A stretch of 59,790 bases of DNA, filler included, from Platydemus manokwari (Eukaryota): the NCBI GenBank assembly GCA_037951405.1. It is 6 parts of 6 records of this genome, joined end to end, with 100 filler letters (N's around TTAATTAATTAA, not from the genome) between each part and the next. Parts side by side here need not be neighbours in the genome. Positions count along the whole stretch, not along the records: positions 18,401 to 27,815 come from JBBMOY011252541.1; positions 27,916 to 39,314 come from JBBMOY010701097.1; 4 more parts are not named here. One strand, given 5' to 3'. The notes under the pieces were generated by a model. That model ran no database searches. It was not told where the DNA came from and worked only from the letters and a program-made list of their open reading frames with translations. A program made the translations under genes and the position numbers. Shown one piece after another: positions 23,486 to 36,900 of this stretch. Position 1 is the stretch's first letter. Each line of letters opens with the position of its first letter.

Positions 23486-25841
23486 GTAATGATGATATTT
23501 ATATGATTTATTTTATTTTTATCATATATAATAATAATAATTCATTTTTGTTCCTATTAAAAATCTTCTAAAGCATGGCCGAATCGTATGTACATGCATT
23601 GGCACATTTTTTTGTGGGCACGTGTTTTGAGGATGAATAATCACAGTTTAGAGCATCAAAACATGTGCTGGTGGTGTGCCGATTAGGCCTCTTTGTTAGT
23701 TTGGTTAAAACGTCATGAAAAACTTGACTTTCTATAACAGTGTCGATTGATGGATTGAAGTTGATTTATTTATTTATATATTTTCTTTTATTTTTATATA
23801 TTTTTGCAAGTCGATAATAAAAAAGGAGGATTGTATATACGATTCTCTCCCAATCTAATCGTTAATTAATAAATCGTTATGTTGTTGTTTTGGCTCTTGT
23901 TTATGAAAAAAATTTTCCGAATATTTTGAGAAAATAATATAAATAATGGAATTTCTTGAATTATCGATTCGTTTTTATCATCTTATGATAGCGGCTATGA
24001 TATGATGGACAAGCGCATGATGATAATGATGATGATGATGAGATTTGTACGTAATTGGATTAAAGCATATTCATTATTAAATATTCATGATTTAAATGTC
24101 CTTGAAGATTCCAGTGGGCTTAAATAATTTTCTTTTAAAAAAATAATTCGTTTTTATTCATAATTTATTAATCGATATCGTTCTCGATACACAATATTCG
24201 AATTAATTGTTGGAAAATTCATTTGCTTCCATTTGATTTTTTTCTTGCCATGGTGATCGGTGTAGCGTTTTTTTTCCGGAAAAAATAATCTCGAGTTTCT
24301 ACTTATCAAATGTATATTTATATACACATTAGAAAGATACAAATGTCATGTTACAACGAGTGGCACAACTGTGAATCATAGAGAAGAATTTCTGATTTTT
24401 ACAGTCCTATTTTTAGTCGGATCTTGGGAATCGTATAGGCTACTTGTCATCATGTTTTTTTCCATGGGGAAATTGATTTTTTTAAAGGTGCCTTCAAATG
24501 ATTTTTTGTTGCTGTTATCTCGTATTGAAACATCCAACGCTAACGTTTATCTAGCGCTACAAATTATATTTATATATATTCGCAGAAATAATGGGGAAAA
24601 TCAATCTTGAAATGTTTGTTGAGATTTCACATCGACATGATTTAATATCGAAGTGATAAATACTGAAATATTCATTTCTAAAAATCGATATTTATTTGAA
24701 AATATTATTGATTAACGATGTTAAAGTAGAACTGGATAATCGATAGTCGATCGATCGATTAATTTGACAATCGGCTTCAAGATAATGTTCAAATTCGAAT
24801 TTTACATTTAATTTGTGTTCTGATTTTTCCATCCGTTAGAGGGTATGATGAATGAAAATCGTCATTGTAAATAGTGGAATTCTAATGAACCGCCAAACAT
24901 CCGTCGAAAATAAAAATTTGTCAACAAGTGACACAAATATCGATGATTAAAGCTACAATTCAATCAAATCCGTTCCAAATCATTTTATCATTTACTAATC
25001 GAAAAGCGTCAATTTATCGAGCTCGTAAGAAGCTCGAATTTGTTGATTGAATGACATTTCATTCGTGAATTTGTTTGCATTAAAAGATTATATATATATA
25101 AATATATGTGTATACAAAAATATGGCAATCAACCTTGGAAAGGGGTGTATAAGATGGATGTATTTCGCTCGATGAAATGGGCCGATATGAATTGAATTGA
25201 ATGAACCAATGAAACAAGGATAGATCTTGTAGAGTGAAAATATCGATGTGTATAATGCAACACTCACTATCAATACAATAATCTCATTAACGAGATCCAC
25301 TGTTTATTATATCTGATCCCGTGCAATTCACTTTGGTCCAAACTTGACATTATGAAATCAATAATATAAAATTGAGTTAAACTGACATATGCTGTAAAGG
25401 TCATATTTTGAATTATTATCAAACAAACATGTAAAATCCATAATTCATTTTGAAAATCAATCTTGAATATTGATTTTGTTTTCTCATTCCATTTTTTAAT
25501 CTGAACAACTGTAATTTTTATCCAATTTTGTTTTTGATCGATAATCGAATCTGGTCTGTTAGATAAATGAATTGAATAATAATAAATCACCATCATTTTC
25601 AAAATGTGATCCAATTTCGAACAAATACCTTGTTGACTTATTGATGGAATATTAAGCGAAGAAATTTATGATTGTAATTAAAATATATTAGATGATGTTT
25701 CGAGAGGGAAATATAGATATGTGGAGATTTGGTTTGGAATTATTAGTAAATGAATTGTGAATAGAGAATGATGATTCGATGAATAGATTCTCATTTCTAT
25801 ATATTTTAATTATTTATTTTTTTAAAAAAATTATGTGTATA

Positions 25842-26066
25842 CAGGGTGGCCCAAAAGTAGGTTTAAGGTTATCATGTAGACTATTTATTTGAAAATTCGA
25901 TACTAGAACAGCTGGGAATTTGTTATACCTGTTAACATAAACAATTTAATGTTTCAGATACTCAAAATACCCTCTTTCAACATTGCATTATTCTTCAAGT
26001 CTTTCCAGGACATTCTGACACACACACACACTTTAATAACTGTAAACCTACTTTTGTACCACCTTG
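25842..26066. mobile_element. Tc1/mariner-type MITE (225 bp) inside the NOL4-like intron
   Basis: TIR CAGGGTGGCCCAAAAGTAGGTTTAAGGTTAT versus (rc) CAAGGTGGTACAAAAGTAGGTTTACAGTTAT, 26/31 identical. TA on both flanks. Confidence 0.9.
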
Positions 26067-26631
26067 TATATAAATATATATAAATTTTTAAATATACTTT
26101 TACTGAACTTTTCGTTTTAATAATTTCATTAATGGTCTGTAAAGATCAATCTACCAAATATCGATATATTTTGAAAAAAGAAATTATTGAATAAATTATT
26201 GGGAAAAAATTTCATCGGGAAAAGATTTTTCTACATTTTTGCAAATTGGTATAATGATTTGAAGAGAGAAATCGTGAGAGAACGAGAGAAGGATAGAAAA
26301 ATTGAGTTCGAGAAAAAGAAATGAAATAAATATAAAAATCATTGATTCGAATAAGTAGGACTGTATTGAACATATTGATTTCTAATTTTCAATGAAAGAT
26401 TGATTTTATGTGTGTGTGTGCGTGAGAAAAACATTCCAATAAATAAATAATAGAGGGTATGGATAATTGGTATAGATATGTATGAATGAATCAATAAATG
26501 GTATTACATCATACTGTTCGCTGTCCGATATTGGTATACAAATGTACATACCACGTAGAGCTACTACTACTACTAGGTAGTTATTGAACTGTATTGTTTT
26601 TCTAATATTATTAATGTTGTGATAATTTCAG

Positions 26632-26901
26632 ATTAAAAATCGATATGCCTGCTTACCCCGTGACGCAGTTGATAAATATATCACAATGTGGCGAAAGGCC
26701 ACTGCACAATTGTCGCCGTACGAACACGAGGGAGATGGAATTAATTCACGAAAGGCATTGATAACATCAATACCATTACTAGCGCCAACAACAGGAATAA
26801 CACCATCAACAACTGCGACAGTGTCTACAGCGGCGGCGGAATTAACAATACAAACCAATACAATCAATAAAGACTTCCATATGAAGATAAATTCGGTATA
26901 A
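26632..26901 (+). CDS. NOL4: NOL4/NOL4L-like protein, exon 3 (ends at a stop at 26901 or splices at 26895/26896)
   Basis: After the TTTCAG acceptor (26631), phase 0: IKNRYACLPRDAVDKYITMWRKA..., resembling NOL4 ISESYAFLPREAVTRFLMSCSEC. A Thr/Ser/Ala/Pro-rich tract follows. G|GTATAA at 26895/26896 may be a donor. Confidence 0.87.
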   Translation: MKNRYACLPRDAVDKYITMWRKATAQLSPYEHEGDGINSRKALITSIPLLAPTTGITPSTTATVSTAAAELTIQTNTINKDFHMKINSV

Positions 26902-26928
26902 AATCGATATTCTATTATATTAATCACA

Positions 26929-27310
26929 GATAGCAGTCAATTAATCTGCTATGACTATTAGCTATACGATGAGTTAATGAATAAATCTGCGGCCTTTGTA
27001 TAACGTCTAGTAAGAGAAGCCGGAGGCTAGTGTCGTACACAATTAGAGAAGAGCGGAAATAGTTGCCCCGATCAATTTGCTGCATCCTCTTGAGTGACTG
27101 AGAGTTGTTCGGATACGAGTCTGATGATGACTAGCCGTAAATAACGGCCCGGGCTGTTCCCAGACTGGGCATCGCGCTGCATTGATTTAGTGTTTTAGCT
27201 TTGTTCAGCTCTTTGCTCGTCCTCATCTGACGGTTTACACTAGTGCAAGCGCTTGATTTCTGTCTTGTATTGATATTCTATTGATTAGTTGCTTACTCTC
27301 TGTTGCTACA
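26929..27310. mobile_element. Candidate solo LTR / GC-elevated repeat
   Basis: GC-richer block beginning (GA)TAGCAG and ending GTTGCTACA, resembling TGTAGCA...TGCTACA termini. No TSD found. Confidence 0.3.
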
Positions 27311-27815
27311 AGTACAATGAGGCGGGTCGATGAATCTGAAAAAAATTATATACGCGATGAATAATAGAAGAAAATTAACTGCAATTTGCTTTCTTTTCAA
27401 CGTTTTTTTTGTCGGATTATTTTTATCAAATTTGAGTTATGCTAAAATAGTCCCCAACTATGATATAGTGGATTTATATATATATATATTTCGATAATAT
27501 TTTACCAAAATAATATATGATTGGTGAATAATGAGTTGAAATATCATCGATATGTAGCCCAAATATATTTGGAGACTTCCATTTTTGATGCTCAAATTAT
27601 CTTTTTTCAGTTATTTTTATCACAGATTTACAGGCAATTGTGTGTATTGGTCGAAAAAGAAAAATCTCTTCAATTTCGAAACGATTTCTTTCGTTTTTAT
27701 TTTTATTTTTTTTAAGTTGGATTGCCTAAATATAGCACTGAATTGAAATCGGCTTAATAATTGGTAAAATCGATATTTCTTTGGGAGGGCAGCGACTGTT
27801 ATTCATTAATCGGAT

Positions 27816-27915
27816 NNNNNNNNNNNNNNNNNNNNNNNNNNNNNNNNNNNNNNNNNNNNTTAATTAATTAANNNNNNNNNNNNNNNNNNNNNNNNNNNNN
27901 NNNNNNNNNNNNNNN
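27816..27915. other. Artificial contig spacer
   Basis: N run - TTAATTAATTAA - N run, 100 nt. Confidence 0.98.
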
Positions 27916-30900
27916 AAAATTAATGAAAAACAATATTAACAACAATTCATATTAGTTATAATAATAAAAATAAACTATAGATGGTATTAATATATTCAAA
28001 ATTACCATTATTGAAATCTAGATCCCAAATTGGTATGACTTGGTTTACGAATTAATTATAAATAGAGAAAGCATTCATACAATTATAATATGAATTATAT
28101 GTCTCACGGGATTCAAAATTTTGTGATCCGATGAAAATATTTAATATCATTAAAATTATAAATATAAAACCAAATGGAAATTTTATTTACTGAAATGAAC
28201 CCATGTGTCAGGGATGAGAATAAGATTCAATACAATCAAATGATTTAATTAAGTTTACGGACATTTGCAAGAAGCTTAATAAGGAGCTCAGTACAAACAC
28301 TGAAAATTATTACCCAGCTAATTTTATTAATTATTAATGAAAATTAAAATATAAGCTACAAGTTGTCACGGCAACATGGAATAGTATTAGAATGCTAATA
28401 ACGCTTGCTGTGCACTATGAAATTAGATGGACAAATAACCAATCATATTACTACCAGCTGACATCAATGCCACGCATCACTTTTCTCATTTATAACAACA
28501 ATCATTTCTTGAATTTACATAATTATTAGTTTTATTCCAATTTCCTCACTTATCGAATATAAAATTCGATAAATGTCATTCATTCCTTCAAAAAAGAGGA
28601 ATCATTCAATCAATGTCTATTGATCAACATTTCAAACTTCGAAAGATCCAGTGAATTAATTTCTCTACGATGAATAATCATGAAATTCATGTGAGAATAT
28701 TCATGACAAATCATGCACTGCACGCTTTGTCAACGATTAGCACAACACAACGGCACCAACAACAGATGATAAATCAATAGTTCAATCAGATTAAAACAAC
28801 CGATACTTATCTATGAACGCAAGCACGCATGCACGTACATCTCGTACAATTACACACAAGTAACACGACACAACGACGTGCACACTATCAGCGGAACGTG
28901 CCTGAATTTTGTTATTGATATAGAGATTACGTGCTAGTGGTACAGCACACAAAGACATGCGCGAACTCTAAAGAGTCACAGAAGTAGAGATATAAATATT
29001 CTAGCAGTTGAAGACAAAACAAAGGTGTAAATTTATGATAATAATTATATTGTTAATATTGTGAAGGTCAAATGATTATCAATTCAGAATAGCCAGTATA
29101 AGTTAATGCATTTGTATTTTTGACTATTCTGTGGCATGTATATAAATGCATAAACTGGTACTACTGAGACTGAATTAATCAACTTTATAAGAATGGTTAC
29201 AATTTACAGGTTAACGTTTGTAGCCACGCCCATCGCGACATATCAATCAAAGCAAGTTGGTATTTGGTTCAACAGTAAGTGGTGGTTGTTTACCATTTGA
29301 ATAGTACAGCATAAATATCTTATCTCGTAATGTCTTCTGCAGTTCTGTGGTGATACGACCAAGTAAGATAAATCAATTGCTGTTACTAACAACGAAGCCG
29401 AGATTAAATGGATTCCCTTTAGTTCGAAAGATTTTTTATATCACCAAAATCTATGCTACTGATCAAATTCCAGTTGAAAGGCGACTTTCGTTCTACAATC
29501 GAACTGGTCTCGAAGTCCAATAAAAACAACGTGATCATTTGATACGCCATAGCTGGTCTCTGGGGTGAGTATCGGATTTCTAGGAGTAGGCCAATCGTTA
29601 GAGAATCCCATTTCCTATTTCAATCGATTAATTAGTTTCTCGTAGAGATGATGTCATTGGGCGCTGATGTATTATCAATTATTGATGGCTATTGTTTTAC
29701 TTTATCGTTGCTTTCAAGAGCCCATTCCCAATTTATCTGACAAGAGAAATTTGCTCATACCCCCCTTCGACATTACAAGCAGCTTGCGAAAATAGCGTCC
29801 TATTTCTGATGTGAGCACGCAGACCGGCCTATCTTACGGTGAATTCATTCTGCCGCTTTTCTTCACGATGCGCTTTCACTCATCAATCAAGAACGATCAT
29901 TACAATTTGATATATTTCTAATGATAATATAATTGCAGCTAGCTCTATCAAGTTGGCATCGTCGCTCCATATCTCTTCTACTGTATTGATGTTATTTCGT
30001 TGCCATCAGATATCATCGATATAATCTATGACGTCGTTACAGATTCCGCGCTCCAGACCTCAAGGTGTGCCAGAAAATAATAAAAGCAAAAATAAATAGC
30101 AAAAAATCGATATCAGCTCTGGTTGGAAGAATTTTCGATAAAATAAGTTTAATTGAATTTGTTAATTATTTTTCAAAACAGTGCTAACAATTAATTGTTT
30201 GTGTGTCGTCAACACCAAGTTCTTATTGAGCGAGAGTACAAATGACAAGCTAAACATAGAATGTCTACTTTGCTCAATACGCTTCCTATTGACCTAGATA
30301 TCATAACTATGGTAACACGCTGCCCCAAATTGCTTCTTTAATGAAAAAATTCAAATCAACAATTTCGATTGTTACATTATGCCAATTGAAAAAATAATTT
30401 CTACTCAATTCGTCTCAATAAATTAATTTTGTCAACCCAGCGCAAATTATTGGCCCAAGTAATTGTGAGGTAGTATTAGGACCGATAGTATTGGTGTGAA
30501 TAGAATATTGGTTATCACCAATTTTTCCCTACTGGCAGAGCAAGTATTCTATGAGCATTCTGTTGAGTAGAGACAGATAATATGCAATCTGCTGAACGCT
30601 CTCATTGACGAAGGCAACGACAGTCAGAAGAAAACAAAGAAGATCTTGCAATGTCAGTAGATAACATTGTTTAAATTGTAGAGAATAGTAACGAAAATTT
30701 ATCGATTGTATAACATCCACAAATTTGAAGACGTGAATGTGATGTAATAAACAAACACTTGATTACAAATCCAGATTTATTTAGATTAAATTACATCATC
30801 AATCCAGAACAAACAGATTTTCTAATCTTTTAAAGTTTTGTTGCAAAAGATAAAAATCGATGCATATATGCTTTGTTTTCTATTTATAAATATTGGTAAC

Positions 30901-33900
30901 AATATCTGATTATGTCATTTCATTATTATGTGATTTATTTCTTCCTCCGTTTTATTTAGATTTCAGAAACTAATAATTAGTTCATCGATTTTCTGGCTGA
31001 TAATTATTAATTACTTACTTAAAACAAAGAATGTATGTGTGTGATAATATATTTAATTAGAAATTAAATATTAGTCTTCGTAGGACGTTTTTTAGTTTTC
31101 AGGTTTTCTTTGGTTGTTTAATTTATTTAAATTTTTTACATATGTTTACAATAATTTCATATATTTTTATTTAGAGAATATAATAAAAAATAATAAAGGA
31201 TCATAATAATGAATGAAGAAATTACATCTGACAGGGTTATTATGTATAAAATACATTAACTTAAAATGTTCGGGGAGAGTAAATCAGTAATTTTAAAATA
31301 AAAGTTAGAATAATCAAAATTTTTTATTAATAATTACTAATTTAATTCAAAGACTCTCTATTGAGGTAAAAAATCAAAAATTAATTAATTAAATCGAAAA
31401 ATTTTTATGAAAAATTGTTCATGTTCTGTTGTGGTATGGTGAGATAAAATATTTTTAGATGCGAGACAGCAGTTTGTAGTGCCTATTGAATGAGATTCAT
31501 AAAAGTAATATCGCAACAAATGGCGACTATATAAAAGCCACCCCAAATAATTTCATCGTAATTTTATATAAGCTGCAATAGATCCTCTGTCTTTTTGACT
31601 TCGATCTAATTAATTCGCAGGGTACATCGACCTTTATTGAACTAATAAAGATAATTGTATGAAATGATTTTTATTAAACTTACTGCTTAAAATAGTCTAA
31701 GTACATCTATCAGGTTCTTATACCTTACAAATTTAACATTACCTCAGAGTGGAATTCTTAAATTCAAATTTCTTTTACGTGTATAGTCAGAGAGGACAAT
31801 ATCCTTTAGTCTTCTTCAACAATATGATAATAATACTATTATTCGATGACGAAAAAGCATAACTATTCTTAATTTTAACTAGTCACGTGAATAATTAAAG
31901 TCGAATTTTTAACTATTTTAAACTCTCCTTAAATTAATAAATTGCATTTGCTTACAATCTTCTCTCAAGATCGAAAGGATTCTTACACCCAACACATTTA
32001 AAATCAAACTTCTAAAATTAAACTTCGACCTACAAAACTTATGAGTTTTTAATGACATCGAATTATATAAAGATAAGGATTAGAGATAATAAATGTATCT
32101 CGAGAATAATTCAAATCAAATATTAAATCTTATCCAGACTCTGGTTATTTGTTATCTTATAGTGAGCAAACTTATCATTTGGTCAAGATAAATGAATGCA
32201 TTCAATTATAACATTAATCTAACGTATTGTATTTGACAAGAAAATAAAGTATTTATATTTCTAAATGTTATTAATGCTCGCAATAATTCAAAAACAATAA
32301 AGAACATTCACTCCAGTCAAATAAATACTCACATTATCGATATGAAATCATCAGCTAACAATGGTAACTAATATTAAACCCGAACTTATCTATATGTAAA
32401 TATTTATTTATCAATATTTAGGTAAAATTATTAGGGTTGAAAATAGTATTAAAAATGGATAGAAACTATATTTCGAATGTATTACGATCTTGAAATATCA
32501 AAGCCATCGAGAACAGGAAAACAATAGACAAATGATGTTAATATTAGAGAAACATAATCATAAAGAGATTGATAGTGTTTATACAGAGTATCTAACCAAG
32601 TGCACGATGACGCACTTCAAAAAGCTTATCAATGATATCAGTGAACTATAGTTACCGAAAAGTCATATCTAACATGAATTATGACCGGAAGATACATATA
32701 CAAATCATTACACATCGAATACACAACCAAAAAATCAGTGATTGAAAATCGAAACCACGGTTTATCAATTTTTCAACTACTGAACAGTAATAAAATCAGA
32801 TTTGATTAAATTATTGAAGTAAAATATTGTACTTCTTTATCACAATACATTGTTAGCCACTAAGTCCTAAAATACATGTTAAATCTTGAGATAAATTCTC
32901 CCCGAAAATAATGAATTTCTACTTAATAAGAAGAAATGATATTCAATCTCTATTTACTGCAAATGCAGTTTTATTACAAACGATTATTTTTTGTCATTCA
33001 TTTAATATTACAAATAAACTTATTAATATTTATTGATTTATTTTATTGATTATAACAATTAGTTATTTACGAACGCTTCTAATTATTGCTAATAACTGTA
33101 ACTTTGCCAAAATATCAGGTAAGTAAGTGTTCATTGACCACAATTTCTAACTGACTAGACAGCATAAGATGCAAGTTTTCGAAATACTGGCTATTAAATG
33201 TTTTTTCTTAAAAAATACATTCCGATTTTATAAGCGTCCAGGTAGTATATTACAAACAAAAATAATAGATTCACGACGTGAGATCAAAAGTTGTTTGGTA
33301 GGTGCTAACGTTGCATATATGTACAGGAATATTATTCTATTAAATGACCTTTTAATTGTACCTTATTGGGATGATGTGGTATGAAACCAAAGATACAATT
33401 AAAACAAAGTCCCGCAGCCAAATGATCAATGGTAAATAATGTAAGGTTTGAATACACCAACAAGAGAATTAACAGTGCTACCCAACATTGTTGAGTATTG
33501 GAAACTGAAACCAGACTACCATTAGACTAGTCGATGGAATTAGCAACTATCTAATAAAAAAATAAAGTAAGATAAACAATTATTTATATAAATATCATGA
33601 CTTATTTAAAATTGCAAGCATAAAATAGAGTAATACAACTTTACACTTTAAAATCAATTCTTAGGTTACTGTGAATGTAATTGGCCAGTCAGAGTGATCG
33701 ACGATTAAATTGGGGTATGACAAACAATGATTAACAACGGTATACATCGAAATCAGTCATTAATAAAAGTAGCATCGCAATTATTTCTATTCGTGATTAA
33801 TAAGAAGTTGTGTAATATAATTACAGAATTCTGAAATAATTGAAAACAAAAGCTCCAGGAACAAAGAGGTAAAACAATAATATGTTAATTCCACACCATG

Positions 33901-36439
33901 GAACATAATTTTAGTAGGTATAGAAATGACTAATATTTTATTCCTTATTATAATATTTCTGTCTTTTGAATTAGAACGATGGTTGTAACATCGAAATTTC
34001 ACCGTATTTTAAATTTATCTATCAACACTAAATTTTGCTTTCCCAAATATCTCATCTACATACTCGAAAGTAATTCACTACAATAACTTAAGTTCAGTGA
34101 ATCAGTGCAAATGAATACATAAATGATTGTAAATTTCTTTTCTAGTCGGGGAATAGTTACTAATAAAAAGAGAAGTAATATTCATTAGTAAATATTATAA
34201 ACCATATTCACCGTGTTTGCATTGGTTGTCTAATAAATTAATATTGCTAGTCGCATTATTGTATATTATATACGCATTCTGCAGAACCGCATAATAATTA
34301 GGATAATTATCTTATTAAATTTTTCGTATATTCTCATAATATTCTCATTTTTCTATTTTCATCTGTATTCTCATTTAAGTATACTTTTCATGCAGATGCC
34401 TTTGTAAAAGTGTTCGATATCTTTTCACATACCAATAATTTTACTTTTATAATTCTATTTCAATAAAGTTATTTCTATCTATTAACTTTAAACTGCATTT
34501 ATGCACATTAAAATAAAAACCTTTAATATATAAAGAAAGATCATTTTATTTAATAAATTTAAATTAAATTCTTGGTTACTAAATATATTTGATATATCTC
34601 ATTTCAAGACAAATTTATTGAAATTAATAATTTAACAAGTTTTATATTTATCTTATTTCTATTTTTAAATAGTTTGGAATTTATTTATTAGTTTTTCTTA
34701 CATAGATATAGCTAAGCACGGGATTACAAACCGATAATACAATTGATCATATCGACAGAACCACAACCGAAATTTAAATATTACAAAACCACATCATTCG
34801 CACAACACTTTATCTAACTTCCACATTGAAGAACAATTAACCAGCTTTCAATTGTAATCCATCATAACGCGATAATAGTAAAAAATACAATAATTTGATC
34901 TTTGGAGCCTTTGTGACTTGATGACTACACCTGTTTTCTAATGAACGACAATTAAAAAATATTTGCCACGAAAGTTTTTTGCAGTGTTTGTATAAAAAAC
35001 TGCAGCTCATATACATAAATTATGTGAAAATTTTGATAATTTCTAATATAATAAAATCAATACAATTATCAATAAGTTTTAATACTGAAAAGAAGAATTA
35101 AATTAAGAATAAAATTAGCTCTAATAAATAAGGAAAAACTAACAAAATTAAAATAATTTTTGATGTCTCAATATATGTCTAATGGCAATGCAATAAAAGA
35201 TATATCAATTAAAATTCAATAATAAATATATAAAAATTTTTCCAAATAACATCGTGGCTCATCCCGAATCGAAATAATTAATTTACCTAAAATATAACCG
35301 TAATAATTAAAATCTAAAAATATGATAGAATTTAAATTAAAATTAAATATAAAAATTACAAGGAAGTAGAATAATTTCTATAAAATTTATTAATAAATTC
35401 TGAGAAACTATTTTGTCTCATTATCTAGCGAAGATTAATTTTTATTTAAGAACCATTGTGAAGTATGATTCCTAGTGCGAATTGGATATTATTTTAAACC
35501 CACTTATCAAGTAATGTTTATTATTTTTAAATTCACATTTTACATTTATTTCAATATGAAAGTTCTAGTCTGAATTTCATTCTTCTAGAACCTAAATTAA
35601 AAATCCAAAATCTTAAAATCAAAAACTATATTATAGTAGTAGTTACGGTGCCATAAGGTCTAACCACCGAAGAAATTTTTAAACTTTTTAAGTTCGATAG
35701 AATTAGAAACAACATCCGAATTTAATTAAAAAGCTAAACCCAACCTTGTGGTTACTAATAACAATTCATATTATTATAAAGTGTTTTATTTTGAATTAGA
35801 TCATATTGCATTTCTAATTGAAAATAATTATTATCAATTTTATTCGTTGTAATATCAATAATATTTTATTCCGATCAAGCTATTTATTTTATTATTAATT
35901 TAAAATTTTATCTCATATTTGTTTATAATTACATGCGATTTTTGGCCTCAGTTGTACTAAGTAACTATAATTAATTAAAAAACATTAGAGCTCAATTAAT
36001 TTATAGGGTTTTAACATCTATCTAATTATCACATTGAGGTTATATCAAACCTATAAACAATAAACTATTAAACCCAAAAACTGTAATAAAATAAAATAAA
36101 TTTCTAAAATAGCTAGTACTTCCAATATAAATAGTGTTGAGTGTAAAATAATTTGGTAACCCATGTAACCCTTATTTTTCCCAATTGTAGAACCGTGTTA
36201 GAAGGCGTGCAGAGTAATCAGAATCGTGTAAGAGTAATATTTTCAATTTCGACAAAACGCATGGTCACAAACATAGGGATTGGGCTATCCAAATTTGAGA
36301 TAATAAGGAATTCAATAAAAATCATGAAATAAATTGTATTGTGGAATATTTATTATTTATTTATTTTGATTAACCGATGCTTCGAAAAAGAGAACAGTCT
36401 TGAATTCTTACATCTTTTTCTTTTTTGTCAAATAAATGT

Positions 36440-36900
36440 TTGATATTAATGAGTGTTTTGAATAATTAATGGTGAAATGGAATTAAATCTTTCATTTATT
36501 TGAAATAGACCGAAGTTTATTAATAGTGATTTAGAGACATACTTTGGTTAACATTTAATGCAACCAAAAAAAATCCAGAATTACGTATAATGATATTCTA
36601 ATTCAATAGAGATATTTTTCAGAAGAATAGAGAAATTTGTCAAATATCACAAACAAACCAAGAAGTATAAATTCATCAAAGAAGAATTGCTGCATTTGTG
36701 GTAGTTCGGAAGGTTAGGAATTAAATAAAGAAATAAATATGCAAGACACAAACAAATGATGGACATAAAATCTATGGTACGAAGCTCTGTGAAATTCGAC
36801 GATAAGATGTCAAGAATGTCAGCATAATAAAGAACAATAAAAGAATTAATTATTATGAAAATCAGGAAAAATCAAACAGAAGAGAAATCAGAATGTGTTG
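36440..36900 (+). mobile_element. Decayed RTE-clade LINE fragment (region between endonuclease and RT)
   Basis: KLCEIRR*DVKNVSIIKNNK (~36782-36841) resembles recalled RTE KRLYRLARxRxRxGKDVQQVRVIKDKDG. Many stops. Confidence 0.3.

Noticed and set aside
26628-26927. Minus-strand 99-aa ORF
   Set aside because: Antisense shadow of NOL4-like exon 3.
27121-27175. CTGATGA followed by small hairpins as a hammerhead
   Set aside because: No GAAA after a closing stem II. The CTGA(T/A)GA hits at ~18048, ~22133 and ~42224 (minus) also lack GAAA or a paired stem I/II.
30466-30540. let-7-like start TGAGGTAGTA
   Set aside because: No complementary 3' arm at pre-miRNA distance; the match does not extend beyond the 5' region.
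32133-32183. miR-87-like GTGAGCAAA in a weak hairpin
   Set aside because: Loop too short, several mismatches and a divergent 3' half; compatible with chance.
34740-34775. TIDHIDR as an HNH endonuclease motif
   Set aside because: A stop follows within a few codons and the downstream Asn residues are absent.
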